Virus record (IMG/VR): IMGVR_UViG_3300012983_000038
Coordinates: 1-64,000 of that record
DNA length: 64,000 bases
Strand: one strand, 5' to 3'
DNA from: a virus
Lineage: Duplodnaviria; Caudoviricetes
Below are positions 19,383 to 28,205 of this stretch, one piece after another. Positions within the stretch are counted from its first letter, which is position 1, and each line of letters opens with the position of its first letter. Under the pieces are notes generated by a model. That model saw nothing but the letters and a program-made list of their open reading frames with translations, did no database searches and was not told the origin of the DNA. A program made the translations under genes and the position numbers.

Positions 19383-19515
19383 TTTGATGATAATAATCTG
19401 CTGAGAAACTACTCACTTCAATTTCTAGAAGAAGAACAACATAGTACTAAGGCAGCTGCGAAGATAGCGAGAAGAATTTAGTACTAATAAAATATCGACA
19501 AAAAAGAATAACTAG

Positions 19516-19639
19516 ATATTTCTCCCTTTTTATAGAACAAAAATCATAGGGGGGAAATATTGATAATTAACAATACCCTCTATGATAATTAATAGATATG
19601 ATACTAGGTAGTGATTTCATTGAGGAGAGATTGTTTGCT
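19516..19639 (+). repeat. cassette leader repeat D (G6)
   Basis: Near-identical to repeat A. Confidence 0.95.
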
Positions 19640-19837
19640 GTACATCATTATAAAGGTTTAACGAAGCCGCAGGCTGATAATTTACGAAAATGTAGATCTG
19701 AGTTAGCAAGTAGTCTTAATAAAATAAGAAATAAGTATAGAGGTGATCAAAATATGTTAGACCGCTATAAAAATGGAGTTAAAAGTATTGCAGAGGACCA
19801 CGATGCGTATTTGATTAGAAAGGGATCAATACTCTAA
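19598..19837 (+). CDS. cassette D cargo protein (MILGSDFIEERLFA)
   Basis: Shared N-terminus, unique payload. Confidence 0.85.
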   Translation: MILGSDFIEERLFAVHHYKGLTKPQADNLRKCRSELASSLNKIRNKYRGDQNMLDRYKNGVKSIAEDHDAYLIRKGSIL

Positions 19838-19884
19838 ACATGGAACAGGTCTTCGTGTTGGCCTTGGTTATTAATAAACAGAAA

Positions 19885-19939
19885 GCCTACGAGAGTACTG
19901 AAATATGGTACTATGATTCGATTCACTTGTAGGCACTAA
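19885..19939 (+). ncRNA. 50-nt structured RNA motif, copy 3
   Basis: GCCUACGAG/CUUGUAGGC, AGUACU/GGUACU, UGA-UUCGAU-UCA, ACUAA. Confidence 0.8.
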
Positions 19940-19976
19940 GATAAAACAAGTAATAAAGATAAATAATTTTTAAAGA

Positions 19977-21230
19977 ATGGAAGTAAGAGTAAGATGTTGC
20001 AGTTTGACAAAGCCTGCAGCAGATGGTTCATTGATAGGAGAATCAGTTGTACGAGATTACCTAAATTCAGAAGATTATCGAAGAGCCGTTGAAGGAAAAG
20101 TTATGTTAGGTTACTTAACACACAGGGGTAGATCTTTAGAGACTATGCCAGATAATGTAGGTAATGTAGCAGCACTTAAGAAAACAATTGGTAAAGATGA
20201 CGCTGGATTATGTGTAGTAGACGGGGCTCCAACTTTTACTCACTATGTAAAAGAGCTTTATATAGATGAAGTTCCGGGAGAGGGACCTTGGTTGATGGCA
20301 GTAGTTCATATATTTAACCCTAAAGATTTTGATGAACGTGCTGCAGAAAATATTAAGAGGCTCCGTGCATTAATAAAGGCAGGAGTAGCGCTATGTTGTA
20401 GTTTAGTGGTAGTAGCGTATTGGGACTCTCAGACGAATGGTACTGATATTTGCCGTCAGATCAAAAGCATTAAGAGCTTAGATTGGACAGCTAATCCTAG
20501 TTTCGGTCCTCTGGCTAGAATTACGGAAGTTATCAGTGATGGAGAAGATGAAAGAGAGTTTTCAGAAGTAGAGAGAGATGATAGATACTCACTAAAGATG
20601 GGTGAAATGAAGGTAAAATCTTTCTCGAACTTAGAAAAATTTGGATTAGGAGGAGTACCAAAGACATCAAAGGTTAATGGTTACTACACTCAATTGAAAG
20701 TTAAGCAATATTCTACGATGAGTGATGTAGATATTGTGTCAGAGGGAGAAACTTCAGCGGGATATTCTCAAAAGTCGTTCACAGCAATGTCAGTAAATGA
20801 ACGAATTAGGTATGCGAAGTTAAGTCCTAGAGAGCGATTTAGAAGATTAATACTTGATTATCGACAATCTATTAAGACTCAAGGAGGAGTTAGTAAGATT
20901 GATAAAGATACGTTAAAAACTATGAAGTCATTATTTGCCGGTGATGTATTGGAGATTATGAAAACAGTAACTCCGATGGTCTTAGAAGGAAAAAATTTAA
21001 TGACTTTGTTGAATGCAGGATCTTTAGGTGTTCAAGTAAGAAAGGCGTGTCAAGCCATGTACTTGCCATATAAACAGGCATTGGTAGAAGTAGGTAAGCA
21101 GGGATTCGTAAGTAAGCAGAGATTTTCAAAGATTACTGCAGCGTATTCCGAGTTTATCAGTTCATTGCAAGACTATGTATTTGGAGCTGCGCCTATTGAG
21201 ATTGATAATGAGTTAAAAGAGGAGGAGTAA
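19977..21230 (+). CDS. prohead (maturation) protease, T4 gp21-like, with C-terminal extension
   Basis: GYLTH (His), CCSL (Ser) and SLDWTANPSF (Asp) parallel the gp21-type GELxH / VSSR / DxVxxPS motifs; lies upstream of the scaffold and capsid genes. Confidence 0.8.
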   Translation: MEVRVRCCSLTKPAADGSLIGESVVRDYLNSEDYRRAVEGKVMLGYLTHRGRSLETMPDNVGNVAALKKTIGKDDAGLCVVDGAPTFTHYVKELYIDEVPGEGPWLMAVVHIFNPKDFDERAAENIKRLRALIKAGVALCCSLVVVAYWDSQTNGTDICRQIKSIKSLDWTANPSFGPLARITEVISDGEDEREFSEVERDDRYSLKMGEMKVKSFSNLEKFGLGGVPKTSKVNGYYTQLKVKQYSTMSDVDIVSEGETSAGYSQKSFTAMSVNERIRYAKLSPRERFRRLILDYRQSIKTQGGVSKIDKDTLKTMKSLFAGDVLEIMKTVTPMVLEGKNLMTLLNAGSLGVQVRKACQAMYLPYKQALVEVGKQGFVSKQRFSKITAAYSEFISSLQDYVFGAAPIEIDNELKEEE

Positions 21231-22135
21231 TGAGACGTAAATTATTTTCCGATTATGGACGAACATATAAGGTACGTCGTAAATTATTTTCCGGAAGTGA
21301 TGAAGGTGTAAATTTAAAAGAAGTAGTTTGTAGAGATTGTGGGTATGAGATGACTACTGCTGCAAATGTATCTTCAATTTTCTGTCCTAAATGTGGAGGT
21401 AAACGTTTTGATTTATTGAGAGTATTTGAATCTCCAGAAAATACACCTGAACCAGTAAGAGGAGAGAGTAAGGAGAAAAATTACTCTGGATTATGTGACG
21501 GGTTATTCCAGCGTGAGTTTTGTGAACCGACTAATAGTTTTGAATCAGCACTAAAGGAGTATAGTGGCAAGACGATTAGTATGTCTGAATTTGGCAAGGT
21601 CTTTAGTGATACTAGTATCGAAGATTTAGAGGAACGAGGGTTTGCAGAGGTGTTAGATGACGGTAATGTATCAATACTTCCGGCCGCGTTCGCCCAAGCT
21701 AAATTATTCAGTAAGATAGTGGTATCGATTACTAAAGTTCTTGATTTGGACCCAGAAATAACTTGTAAGCATAATCCGGAGTCTATTATAGAAGATCTTG
21801 AGTACTCTAATAGACTTTGTCCTAAGAGTATTTTAATCTTGAAGAAGGCACATGGAATTGTACCACGCGGAGGAGGATCTAACTGTAATTGTGGAGGATC
21901 TTGCAACTGTGAGCCTGGACATTGTATGTGTGAATGTAAAAAGTGGGCTGATGAATCTGGAATTCTAGGAGATCTTAAAATAGAGTTTGGAGGACAAGTT
22001 AAGCCGCTTTCTGAATTTAATAGGACAATCAATAGTAGATATCCTGATGCACCTCTAGGGTTAATGGATTTCTTAAAGTCTATTGGAGTAATCCGTCCTT
22101 CTAATTTTGGAAGTGAAATAGAAATATTGAAATAA
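21230..22135 (+). CDS. head/core protein with zinc ribbon and Cys-rich segment
   Basis: RRKLFS twice at the N-terminus; CRDC...CPKC; CNCGGSCNCEPGHCMCEC. Confidence 0.75.
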   Translation: MRRKLFSDYGRTYKVRRKLFSGSDEGVNLKEVVCRDCGYEMTTAANVSSIFCPKCGGKRFDLLRVFESPENTPEPVRGESKEKNYSGLCDGLFQREFCEPTNSFESALKEYSGKTISMSEFGKVFSDTSIEDLEERGFAEVLDDGNVSILPAAFAQAKLFSKIVVSITKVLDLDPEITCKHNPESIIEDLEYSNRLCPKSILILKKAHGIVPRGGGSNCNCGGSCNCEPGHCMCECKKWADESGILGDLKIEFGGQVKPLSEFNRTINSRYPDAPLGLMDFLKSIGVIRPSNFGSEIEILK

Positions 22136-22150
22136 TATTATATATTTTTT

Positions 22151-24565
22151 ATGAAAAATACTAGATTTATGGAAAGACTCTTTTCTGCAACGAGAGAAGG
22201 GGATGAAGAGTTAACTCAGCAAGTAGCAGACGATATCGAAACTGCAAAAGCTGTAGGAGAAGTAGATACTGACGAAGTAAAATATGAGAATGCTGGTAAT
22301 GGCCAAGTAGCTATTACTGACAAAGAAAACGGTGAAGTTACACTAGCAGAGCAAGGGCCAGATGGTAATTACGATCTTAGTCCTTTACAAGTAACTGGGC
22401 AACTTGAGGGATTTATCCATCCGGGAATGGATGGTGTAACCCCGGGTTCTCAGCAAGGTGAAATGGACGAACATGCAGGTTATCATATCCCCGAAGGCTC
22501 TATTAGTGGAATTGATGAATTGTCCTGGGAGGATTACGGAGATGGATGCTGTGAAGGGTGCGGCGAGAAATCTTTTTCTGTATACTCTGACAATTTCGTA
22601 GTACAAAAGATCTTCAGCGATCAAGAGTTTTGCGAGAGAGTATTTTCTGAAGTAATCGAATCAGAAGAAACTGCAAAAGTTGGAGACTTGAAGATTGAAA
22701 AGTGCGACGATGAGGATAATTGTGTAATTGTTACTAGTGAATCAACTGGAGATCAAGCAAAAGTTACTTTAGAGGATGATGAAATGGAAGTAACTGAATT
22801 GGACTCTAAGAATTTTAGTGATGAAGAAGAGCAGTATGATCCTTTGCACGTAGTTGGAGTAGATGTAACTAATCACATGATAGTAGATGCTCCTGAATAT
22901 GATGAGGAGTCAGCTCAGGCTTTGGTAGAGCGTCTAACTGAGAGTGGCGTAGATGGTTGTCAGATTTTTGATAGTGCTGACGAAGCTCGTGATTACGCAT
23001 TTGAATTATTGGGCGGTCTCGATGTAAAGAGCTTGGATCATGTAGACGAGCCAGAGGAAGTTGCCTTCTCTGATTTGTATGGATTCAGACATTCAGGCTA
23101 TGTAACTAAATTTTACACAGATAATACCGAATATATGGATCGTTCTTTCTCAGAAAATCTTAATGACTTGGAGGTTTCAAGAGAAGAGTTAGAAGATGCT
23201 ATTGAGAATGGTGATCAAATTGAAAATGATACTGAAATTATTACACCAATTGACGCTAAGTCGGCTGTAATTGAGGATAAGGAGTCTGGAGAGTTCACAA
23301 AAGCAGTTATTGATTCTGCAACTACTGAACTTGTTCCTCTATCAAGAAGTGAGGCTCGTGATCTTACTGCTAACATTGAGGTTGATGAAGATTCTGAAGA
23401 GGATGAGGATGAAGAAAAATCATTCTCAGATGTATGGACAGATGATACTGAGACTCGTTTCTTCTCTGAAAATGAGATCTTGACGGAATACATGACTCGT
23501 CTATTCTCTGGAGATTCAGATGAAGAGGCAATTGAGGATGCTATTGAGAATGGTGATCAAGTAGAGAATGATACTGAAATCATTACTCCTATTGATGCTA
23601 AGACTGCAGTAATTGAGGACAAAGAGTCTGGAGAGTTTACTAAAGCTGTAATGGATGATGAGGATATTGATCTCTCTCCTATTTCTGAGGAAGAAGCTGA
23701 AGAGCTCACTGCTAATCTTGAAATAGAGGATACAGATGAAGATGAGGATGAAGAGAAGGATTTTTCAGATGTATGGACAGATGATACAGAAACTCGTTTC
23801 TTCTCTGAAAATGAGATCTTGACGGAATACATGACTCGCTTGTTTACTGAGGAATCAGATGAAGAGGCAATCGAAGATGCTATTGAGAATGGTGATCAAG
23901 TAGAGAATGATACTGAGGTTATTACTCCAATTGATGCTAAAACCGCAGTAGTTGAGGATAAGGAGTCTGGAGAATTTACTAAAGCAGTAATGGATGAAGA
24001 TGGAATTGATCTTACTCCTATTTCAGAGGAAGAAGCTGAAGAGCTTACAGAAGATCTTGAAATAGAGGATACAGATAAAGATGAGGATAAAAATTTCTCA
24101 TTCTATGAAGATCCTATACTAGATAAGTTCTTTGCTGATGTAGTAGATCAGACTGCAGCACAAGCAGCTCAAGCGCAAATGGCACCTCAACAAATGATGG
24201 CACCTCAACAGCAAATGATGGCACCTCAACAGTCAGCAGCTCAGGCACCTATTCAGCCTACTGAAGATGGAGGTTATGTTATGGAAGAGCAACCTAGTAT
24301 TGAAATGATTGAGGACAAAGCTATTGCCGCAGTTCAATCTATTCAGGCAGCAGCAGCAGAGGCAGAGGCTATGATCATGAATGCTAAGGCTGCACCTATG
24401 GAACAAGTAGAGCCTGATCTTCAAGAAGCACAATTCTCATACTATTTTGATGATTATGAAGATGATTTGAAAGATAGAATGTTCTCTGATGCAGAGTACG
24501 TAGAATATGAGGAGGTTAAGCCTGATACATTAGTGTCATTCTTAAGTGATGTAATTAATAAATAG
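22151..24565 (+). CDS. acidic prohead core/scaffold protein with internal repeats
   Basis: Very E/D-rich, directly upstream of the capsid gene, about 16 [KR]x[FY][STA] sites. Confidence 0.75.
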   Translation: MKNTRFMERLFSATREGDEELTQQVADDIETAKAVGEVDTDEVKYENAGNGQVAITDKENGEVTLAEQGPDGNYDLSPLQVTGQLEGFIHPGMDGVTPGSQQGEMDEHAGYHIPEGSISGIDELSWEDYGDGCCEGCGEKSFSVYSDNFVVQKIFSDQEFCERVFSEVIESEETAKVGDLKIEKCDDEDNCVIVTSESTGDQAKVTLEDDEMEVTELDSKNFSDEEEQYDPLHVVGVDVTNHMIVDAPEYDEESAQALVERLTESGVDGCQIFDSADEARDYAFELLGGLDVKSLDHVDEPEEVAFSDLYGFRHSGYVTKFYTDNTEYMDRSFSENLNDLEVSREELEDAIENGDQIENDTEIITPIDAKSAVIEDKESGEFTKAVIDSATTELVPLSRSEARDLTANIEVDEDSEEDEDEEKSFSDVWTDDTETRFFSENEILTEYMTRLFSGDSDEEAIEDAIENGDQVENDTEIITPIDAKTAVIEDKESGEFTKAVMDDEDIDLSPISEEEAEELTANLEIEDTDEDEDEEKDFSDVWTDDTETRFFSENEILTEYMTRLFTEESDEEAIEDAIENGDQVENDTEVITPIDAKTAVVEDKESGEFTKAVMDEDGIDLTPISEEEAEELTEDLEIEDTDKDEDKNFSFYEDPILDKFFADVVDQTAAQAAQAQMAPQQMMAPQQQMMAPQQSAAQAPIQPTEDGGYVMEEQPSIEMIEDKAIAAVQSIQAAAAEAEAMIMNAKAAPMEQVEPDLQEAQFSYYFDDYEDDLKDRMFSDAEYVEYEEVKPDTLVSFLSDVINK
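23192..24100 (+). repeat. three tandem ~113-aa coding repeats in the scaffold
   Basis: EDAIENGDQ units start at 23192, 23534 and 23873 (periods 342 and 339 nt). Confidence 0.95.
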
Positions 24566-24645
24566 TTAAGAATAATAAATAAAGTGCTTCTAGGATAAAT
24601 TCCTACTAGCACTTTTAAACAATAAAATATACATTATTAAATACA

Positions 24646-26106
24646 ATGAGTACTTATTTGAATTTTATGCAAACTCCAGCAATGATGGAGGCTTTGGTGA
24701 ATAGCTCTGTATCACGTGAGGATGCTAACTTGCGTGCTAGAGAATATGCTAAGATGTTTTCTCGTAATGATGAAATGAAATACAACTTTGGAATTGCACC
24801 ATCTAATAACTTGATGCAAAAGACTTTCTCTGGATACTCTGAGACTCCATTGTTGTCAACTCAATACTTTAATGCATCTGTAGCTTCTTATGTAAGTTCA
24901 TTTGCTGGATACATGTCAATTGAGCGTGACTTTGATCAACCTAATGGATTATTCTATTGGTTCGACGTACTAGGTGTATCTGACATGCGTTCTGTAATTC
25001 CTAACTTGGGACCAGATAATTACCAAGATATTCAAAGCATGGGTGGATTCAGCTTGAATGTACAGCCTTCTGAAGGTGGAATATATGATGCATTGATTGG
25101 TCGTAAGGTTATCCCAGGTACTGTTCGCATTAAGATCTCTTGTGGAACAGGTGATAAGGTAGAGAAAGTTCACGAAATGATTGATAATGGACAAGGAACT
25201 TTCATGGCTGTTACAGGTGTTACTACTGCCAATGAGATTAATTATTTGAATGGCCGCGTTAAGTTTACTCTTGATGACGCTATTGCTGGAAACACTTTGT
25301 CAATTCTCATCATTGGTAAAGAGGATGTCACTGGAACTCCTTGCAATACTACTGGTTCAGGTAGCAGCAATTTCCGTTCAAATGAGAAACGTTTCTTGGC
25401 TAAGATGCAACAATTAGGTCTTTCTACAGTACCTGATATGTTGGTAGCTGAGTATAATATTGCAGCTTTGGGAGCAATGAAGAAGGCTACTGGAACTGAT
25501 ATGGCAACTTTCTTGTTTGGTAAGCTTCGTGAGTTGTATACTAAGATGATTAACTACAAGCTCGTTTCTACTATGGAAGAGGGTTATAAAGGTGATACTT
25601 TGAATGACCTTGAGATTGAAGTTACTACATCAGCTAAGCAATTCTACGACTACCGTTCTCGAGTTGACTTGTTCGATGCTTACTTGATCAATGTAGAGGC
25701 TGCTTTGGCCGCTAAAGCTGTTAAGGGAGTAAAGACTACTGCTTACGTTGCTGGTAATAATGCATCTAATCAGTTCATGAAGGGCGGTATTATTGGTAAG
25801 TTTGAGAGAAATACTAAGATGTCTTATATCAATGACTTGCTTGGATGGTATGACGGAATTCCTGTTCTTCGTTCTACTGACATTAATGAGCAAAACGGTG
25901 AGAACGTATTCTATGCTATCCACAAGACTGATGATGGACAAATGGCACCTTTGGCACGTGGTATCTACATGCCTTTGACTGATACTCCTACTATTGGTAA
26001 TTATCAGAACCCTACACAAATGGCTTCTGGTATCTACTATCAAGAGGGAACTAAGTACATGGCACCTGAGCTCGTACAACGTGTTTCTTTCAAAGCAGGT
26101 ATTTAA
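24646..26106 (+). CDS. major capsid protein (T4 gp23-like, HK97 fold)
   Basis: 486 aa after the scaffold; DQPNGLFYWF and GIYMPL motifs; codon bias typical of a highly expressed gene; terminator downstream. Confidence 0.9.
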   Translation: MSTYLNFMQTPAMMEALVNSSVSREDANLRAREYAKMFSRNDEMKYNFGIAPSNNLMQKTFSGYSETPLLSTQYFNASVASYVSSFAGYMSIERDFDQPNGLFYWFDVLGVSDMRSVIPNLGPDNYQDIQSMGGFSLNVQPSEGGIYDALIGRKVIPGTVRIKISCGTGDKVEKVHEMIDNGQGTFMAVTGVTTANEINYLNGRVKFTLDDAIAGNTLSILIIGKEDVTGTPCNTTGSGSSNFRSNEKRFLAKMQQLGLSTVPDMLVAEYNIAALGAMKKATGTDMATFLFGKLRELYTKMINYKLVSTMEEGYKGDTLNDLEIEVTTSAKQFYDYRSRVDLFDAYLINVEAALAAKAVKGVKTTAYVAGNNASNQFMKGGIIGKFERNTKMSYINDLLGWYDGIPVLRSTDINEQNGENVFYAIHKTDDGQMAPLARGIYMPLTDTPTIGNYQNPTQMASGIYYQEGTKYMAPELVQRVSFKAGI

Positions 26107-26188
26107 TATAATTTCTAACACTTAAATACTACTCTTATGAAGTAGTTAATTATAGTGAAGATTAGAAAAATAGGTTTATTAAAGAATT

Positions 26189-26226
26189 AGGAGGTAGGTA
26201 TTAATATCTATCTCCTTTTCTTTTTT
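26189..26226 (+). terminator. intrinsic terminator after the capsid gene
   Basis: AGGAGGTAGGTA...TATCTATCTCCT followed by a T-run. Confidence 0.75.
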
Positions 26227-26259
26227 CAATTAAATAGTTTATAGGTATATAGGTAAATT

Positions 26260-26393
26260 GCGAGAAAACCCATTACTTTAGTTGTGGGATGATAGCAATA
26301 TTAAGGGAAGGGCTATCCCTTTGTGGACGTAAAGTAAGTAATTGTACTAAGCTTGTCCCAAGATCCCCATTAATTTATTGAGGGGAGTAGTCA
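26260..26393 (+). mobile_element. non-autonomous IS200/IS605 derivative (left-end hairpin, omegaRNA, right end) related to the tnpB at 1890
   Basis: 26298-26360 matches 2982-3044 at 60/63 nt. It ends with a CCCC...GGGG hairpin and TAGTCA, and begins with the GAAAACCCA...TGGGATGATAGC hairpin. Confidence 0.85.
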
Positions 26394-26600
26394 GATATTC
26401 TAACTTCAGGAGTACGTGGCGCATTAGGTGGTGGATTAGGTGCAAGAAAGAATGCTTCTGAGTCAATAGAGTTAGCTAGTTTATATGAATCGGATTCTAA
26501 GAGATTTAAAGAGAGGAAGAAGTAGAAAACTCACTATTCTGCTTGTTCCAATATTCCCCATTAGTTCACTAATGGAAGTAGTCAGAAAATTAAAAATTGT

Positions 26601-27188
26601 ATGATATTGAGAATTGAACGAAGACTTTACTCCGATGATAGTAACAATAGTGGGTGGAGCCCATTGGCAAAAGTAGGTGCAACAGCGGCAGCTGTTGGGG
26701 GAACTTATTTTGGTGCTAGAAGAGGAATGTTTGGAACCAGAGTAGGTATGGCTACTAACTTGTTTCATGGAAATATGGGAGCTATGATAGGGTCTAAGTC
26801 AATGGTGAATAGTGCAGCTACTAAGTTTTCTAAACAATCTGTTAGAAATCTTAGTAAGAATACTGGACTATATGATAATATAAAGAGTGTTCATGGAAAG
26901 TCCGTTGCTAAAGATACATCGAAAAGAACTACTGAAGCTATTAAGAACCAGATGACTAATCTTTGGAACTCTGGAAAGAAAGTGGATAATATCATGGATA
27001 ACGTTAGTGCTATTGATAAGATTTCGAAAAAGGTTGGTAACTATGGAAATTTTAATAGGAAAGGCACTGAGATAAAGGATAACGTTACACAACTTAACAG
27101 AAAATTAGCGCACATTGATCGATTTGATAGAATATTAGGAAGAAATAACCCTGTTTCTAGTTACGTTAAAGGAGGCTCAAGTTACTAG
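26601..27188 (+). CDS. putative head-cargo glycine-rich membrane protein
   Basis: MILRIERRLYS; paralog of 27301. Confidence 0.85.
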   Translation: MILRIERRLYSDDSNNSGWSPLAKVGATAAAVGGTYFGARRGMFGTRVGMATNLFHGNMGAMIGSKSMVNSAATKFSKQSVRNLSKNTGLYDNIKSVHGKSVAKDTSKRTTEAIKNQMTNLWNSGKKVDNIMDNVSAIDKISKKVGNYGNFNRKGTEIKDNVTQLNRKLAHIDRFDRILGRNNPVSSYVKGGSSY

Positions 27189-27238
27189 TTTCTGTTTGAA
27201 TTAAATAAGTGTGTGTAATAAGTTAGAAATAATTTTTT

Positions 27239-27276
27239 GCGAGAAAAACCCATTACCTTAGTTGTGGGATGATAGC
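27239..27276 (+). mobile_element. solo IS left-end hairpin
   Basis: Near-identical to 26260-26296. Confidence 0.75.
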
Positions 27277-27300
27277 AAAAATATAAAATGAAGTAGGATA

Positions 27301-27861
27301 ATGTTATTAGAGTATAGAAATTATTCAGAAGACGATAATAGAGGCTCATCCGGAGGAGTATTAGGTAAGGCCGTGCTCGGTACAGTTGCCACTGCAGGAA
27401 CTTTATATGGAGCAAAGAAAGGTTTATTAGGTACTAGACTTCAAATGGGAACTAATATTGCATTAGGTAAATTTGGACAAACAATTGGAAGTAAGTCTCT
27501 AGTAAATAGTGCAAGAGAAGATTGGTCAAGAGGCGCAGCTAAAAATGTCTTAAATAAAACTGGATTGGGAGAAAGACTGACTGGACTGTCAGGAGGAGAT
27601 AAAATATATGAAAACGTAGAAAAAGACTTAGCCAATAAATTTAGTAAGAGATTCCTCTCAGGTAAAGGAAAAAATGCGAAAGTTGTTGGATATAATTCTA
27701 TAGGAAAGATTAATGAAATAAACGAAGCCAATCAATATAACAATTTAAAAGGAACAGGTTTCGTAGGTAATGGAAAAGATGTCACTAAGAGAAATCAGAA
27801 TGCAGTAAATAAAATTATGAATAATAATTTTGGAAATGACTTTTTCGATGGAATGTACTAG
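27301..27861 (+). CDS. putative head-cargo glycine-rich membrane protein, paralog of 26601
   Basis: MLLEYRNYS; GTLYGAKKGLLGTRLQMGTN...IGSKSLVNSA versus GTYFGARRGMFGTRVGMATN...IGSKSMVNSA. Confidence 0.85.
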   Translation: MLLEYRNYSEDDNRGSSGGVLGKAVLGTVATAGTLYGAKKGLLGTRLQMGTNIALGKFGQTIGSKSLVNSAREDWSRGAAKNVLNKTGLGERLTGLSGGDKIYENVEKDLANKFSKRFLSGKGKNAKVVGYNSIGKINEINEANQYNNLKGTGFVGNGKDVTKRNQNAVNKIMNNNFGNDFFDGMY

Positions 27862-27936
27862 CTAATTAATAATTTAGAACTAGTCTACAGGTCGTAATAG
27901 GAGTAGTAGTAAATTAATATAATAAATAACTACATT

Positions 27937-28194
27937 ATGATACTAAATCATATAGAATCTAAGTACTTTAGTAAAAAAGGCAGACAAGGATCTAATAATA
28001 GAGGATCTAATAACTCCTCTACAAAGTCAAATAGAAAGAAAGGTAATTTGCAAAAAAATACTTCTGTTATGGAGTTCAAAGACTTGCCGTGGGGAAAAAT
28101 TGCATTAGGTACAGCTATAGCAGGTGCAGGTATTGCGGGGGCATATTATCTAACAGATAAATATAAGAGAGAAAGAAGTAGTTATCTAACTTAA
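27937..28194 (+). CDS. small putative cargo protein with one glycine-zipper helix
   Basis: MILNHIESKYFS; GTAIAGAGIAG. Confidence 0.8.
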   Translation: MILNHIESKYFSKKGRQGSNNRGSNNSSTKSNRKKGNLQKNTSVMEFKDLPWGKIALGTAIAGAGIAGAYYLTDKYKRERSSYLT

Positions 28195-28205
28195 TTAAGT
28201 GTATT

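Noticed and set aside
19383-19481. Coding-like relic after cassette C (…LQFLEEEQHSTKAAAKIARRI*)
   Set aside because: No convincing start codon and too short to assign; probably debris from cassette turnover
14106-19639. Cassette repeats as a CRISPR array or integron
   Set aside because: The repeats are ~130 nt, irregularly spaced, separated by whole genes and include coding sequence; no cas or integrase gene is in the window
10886-26106. Introns or inteins in terminase, portal or capsid genes
   Set aside because: The ORFs are continuous and of normal size, with no intein C...HN or homing-endonuclease motifs seen
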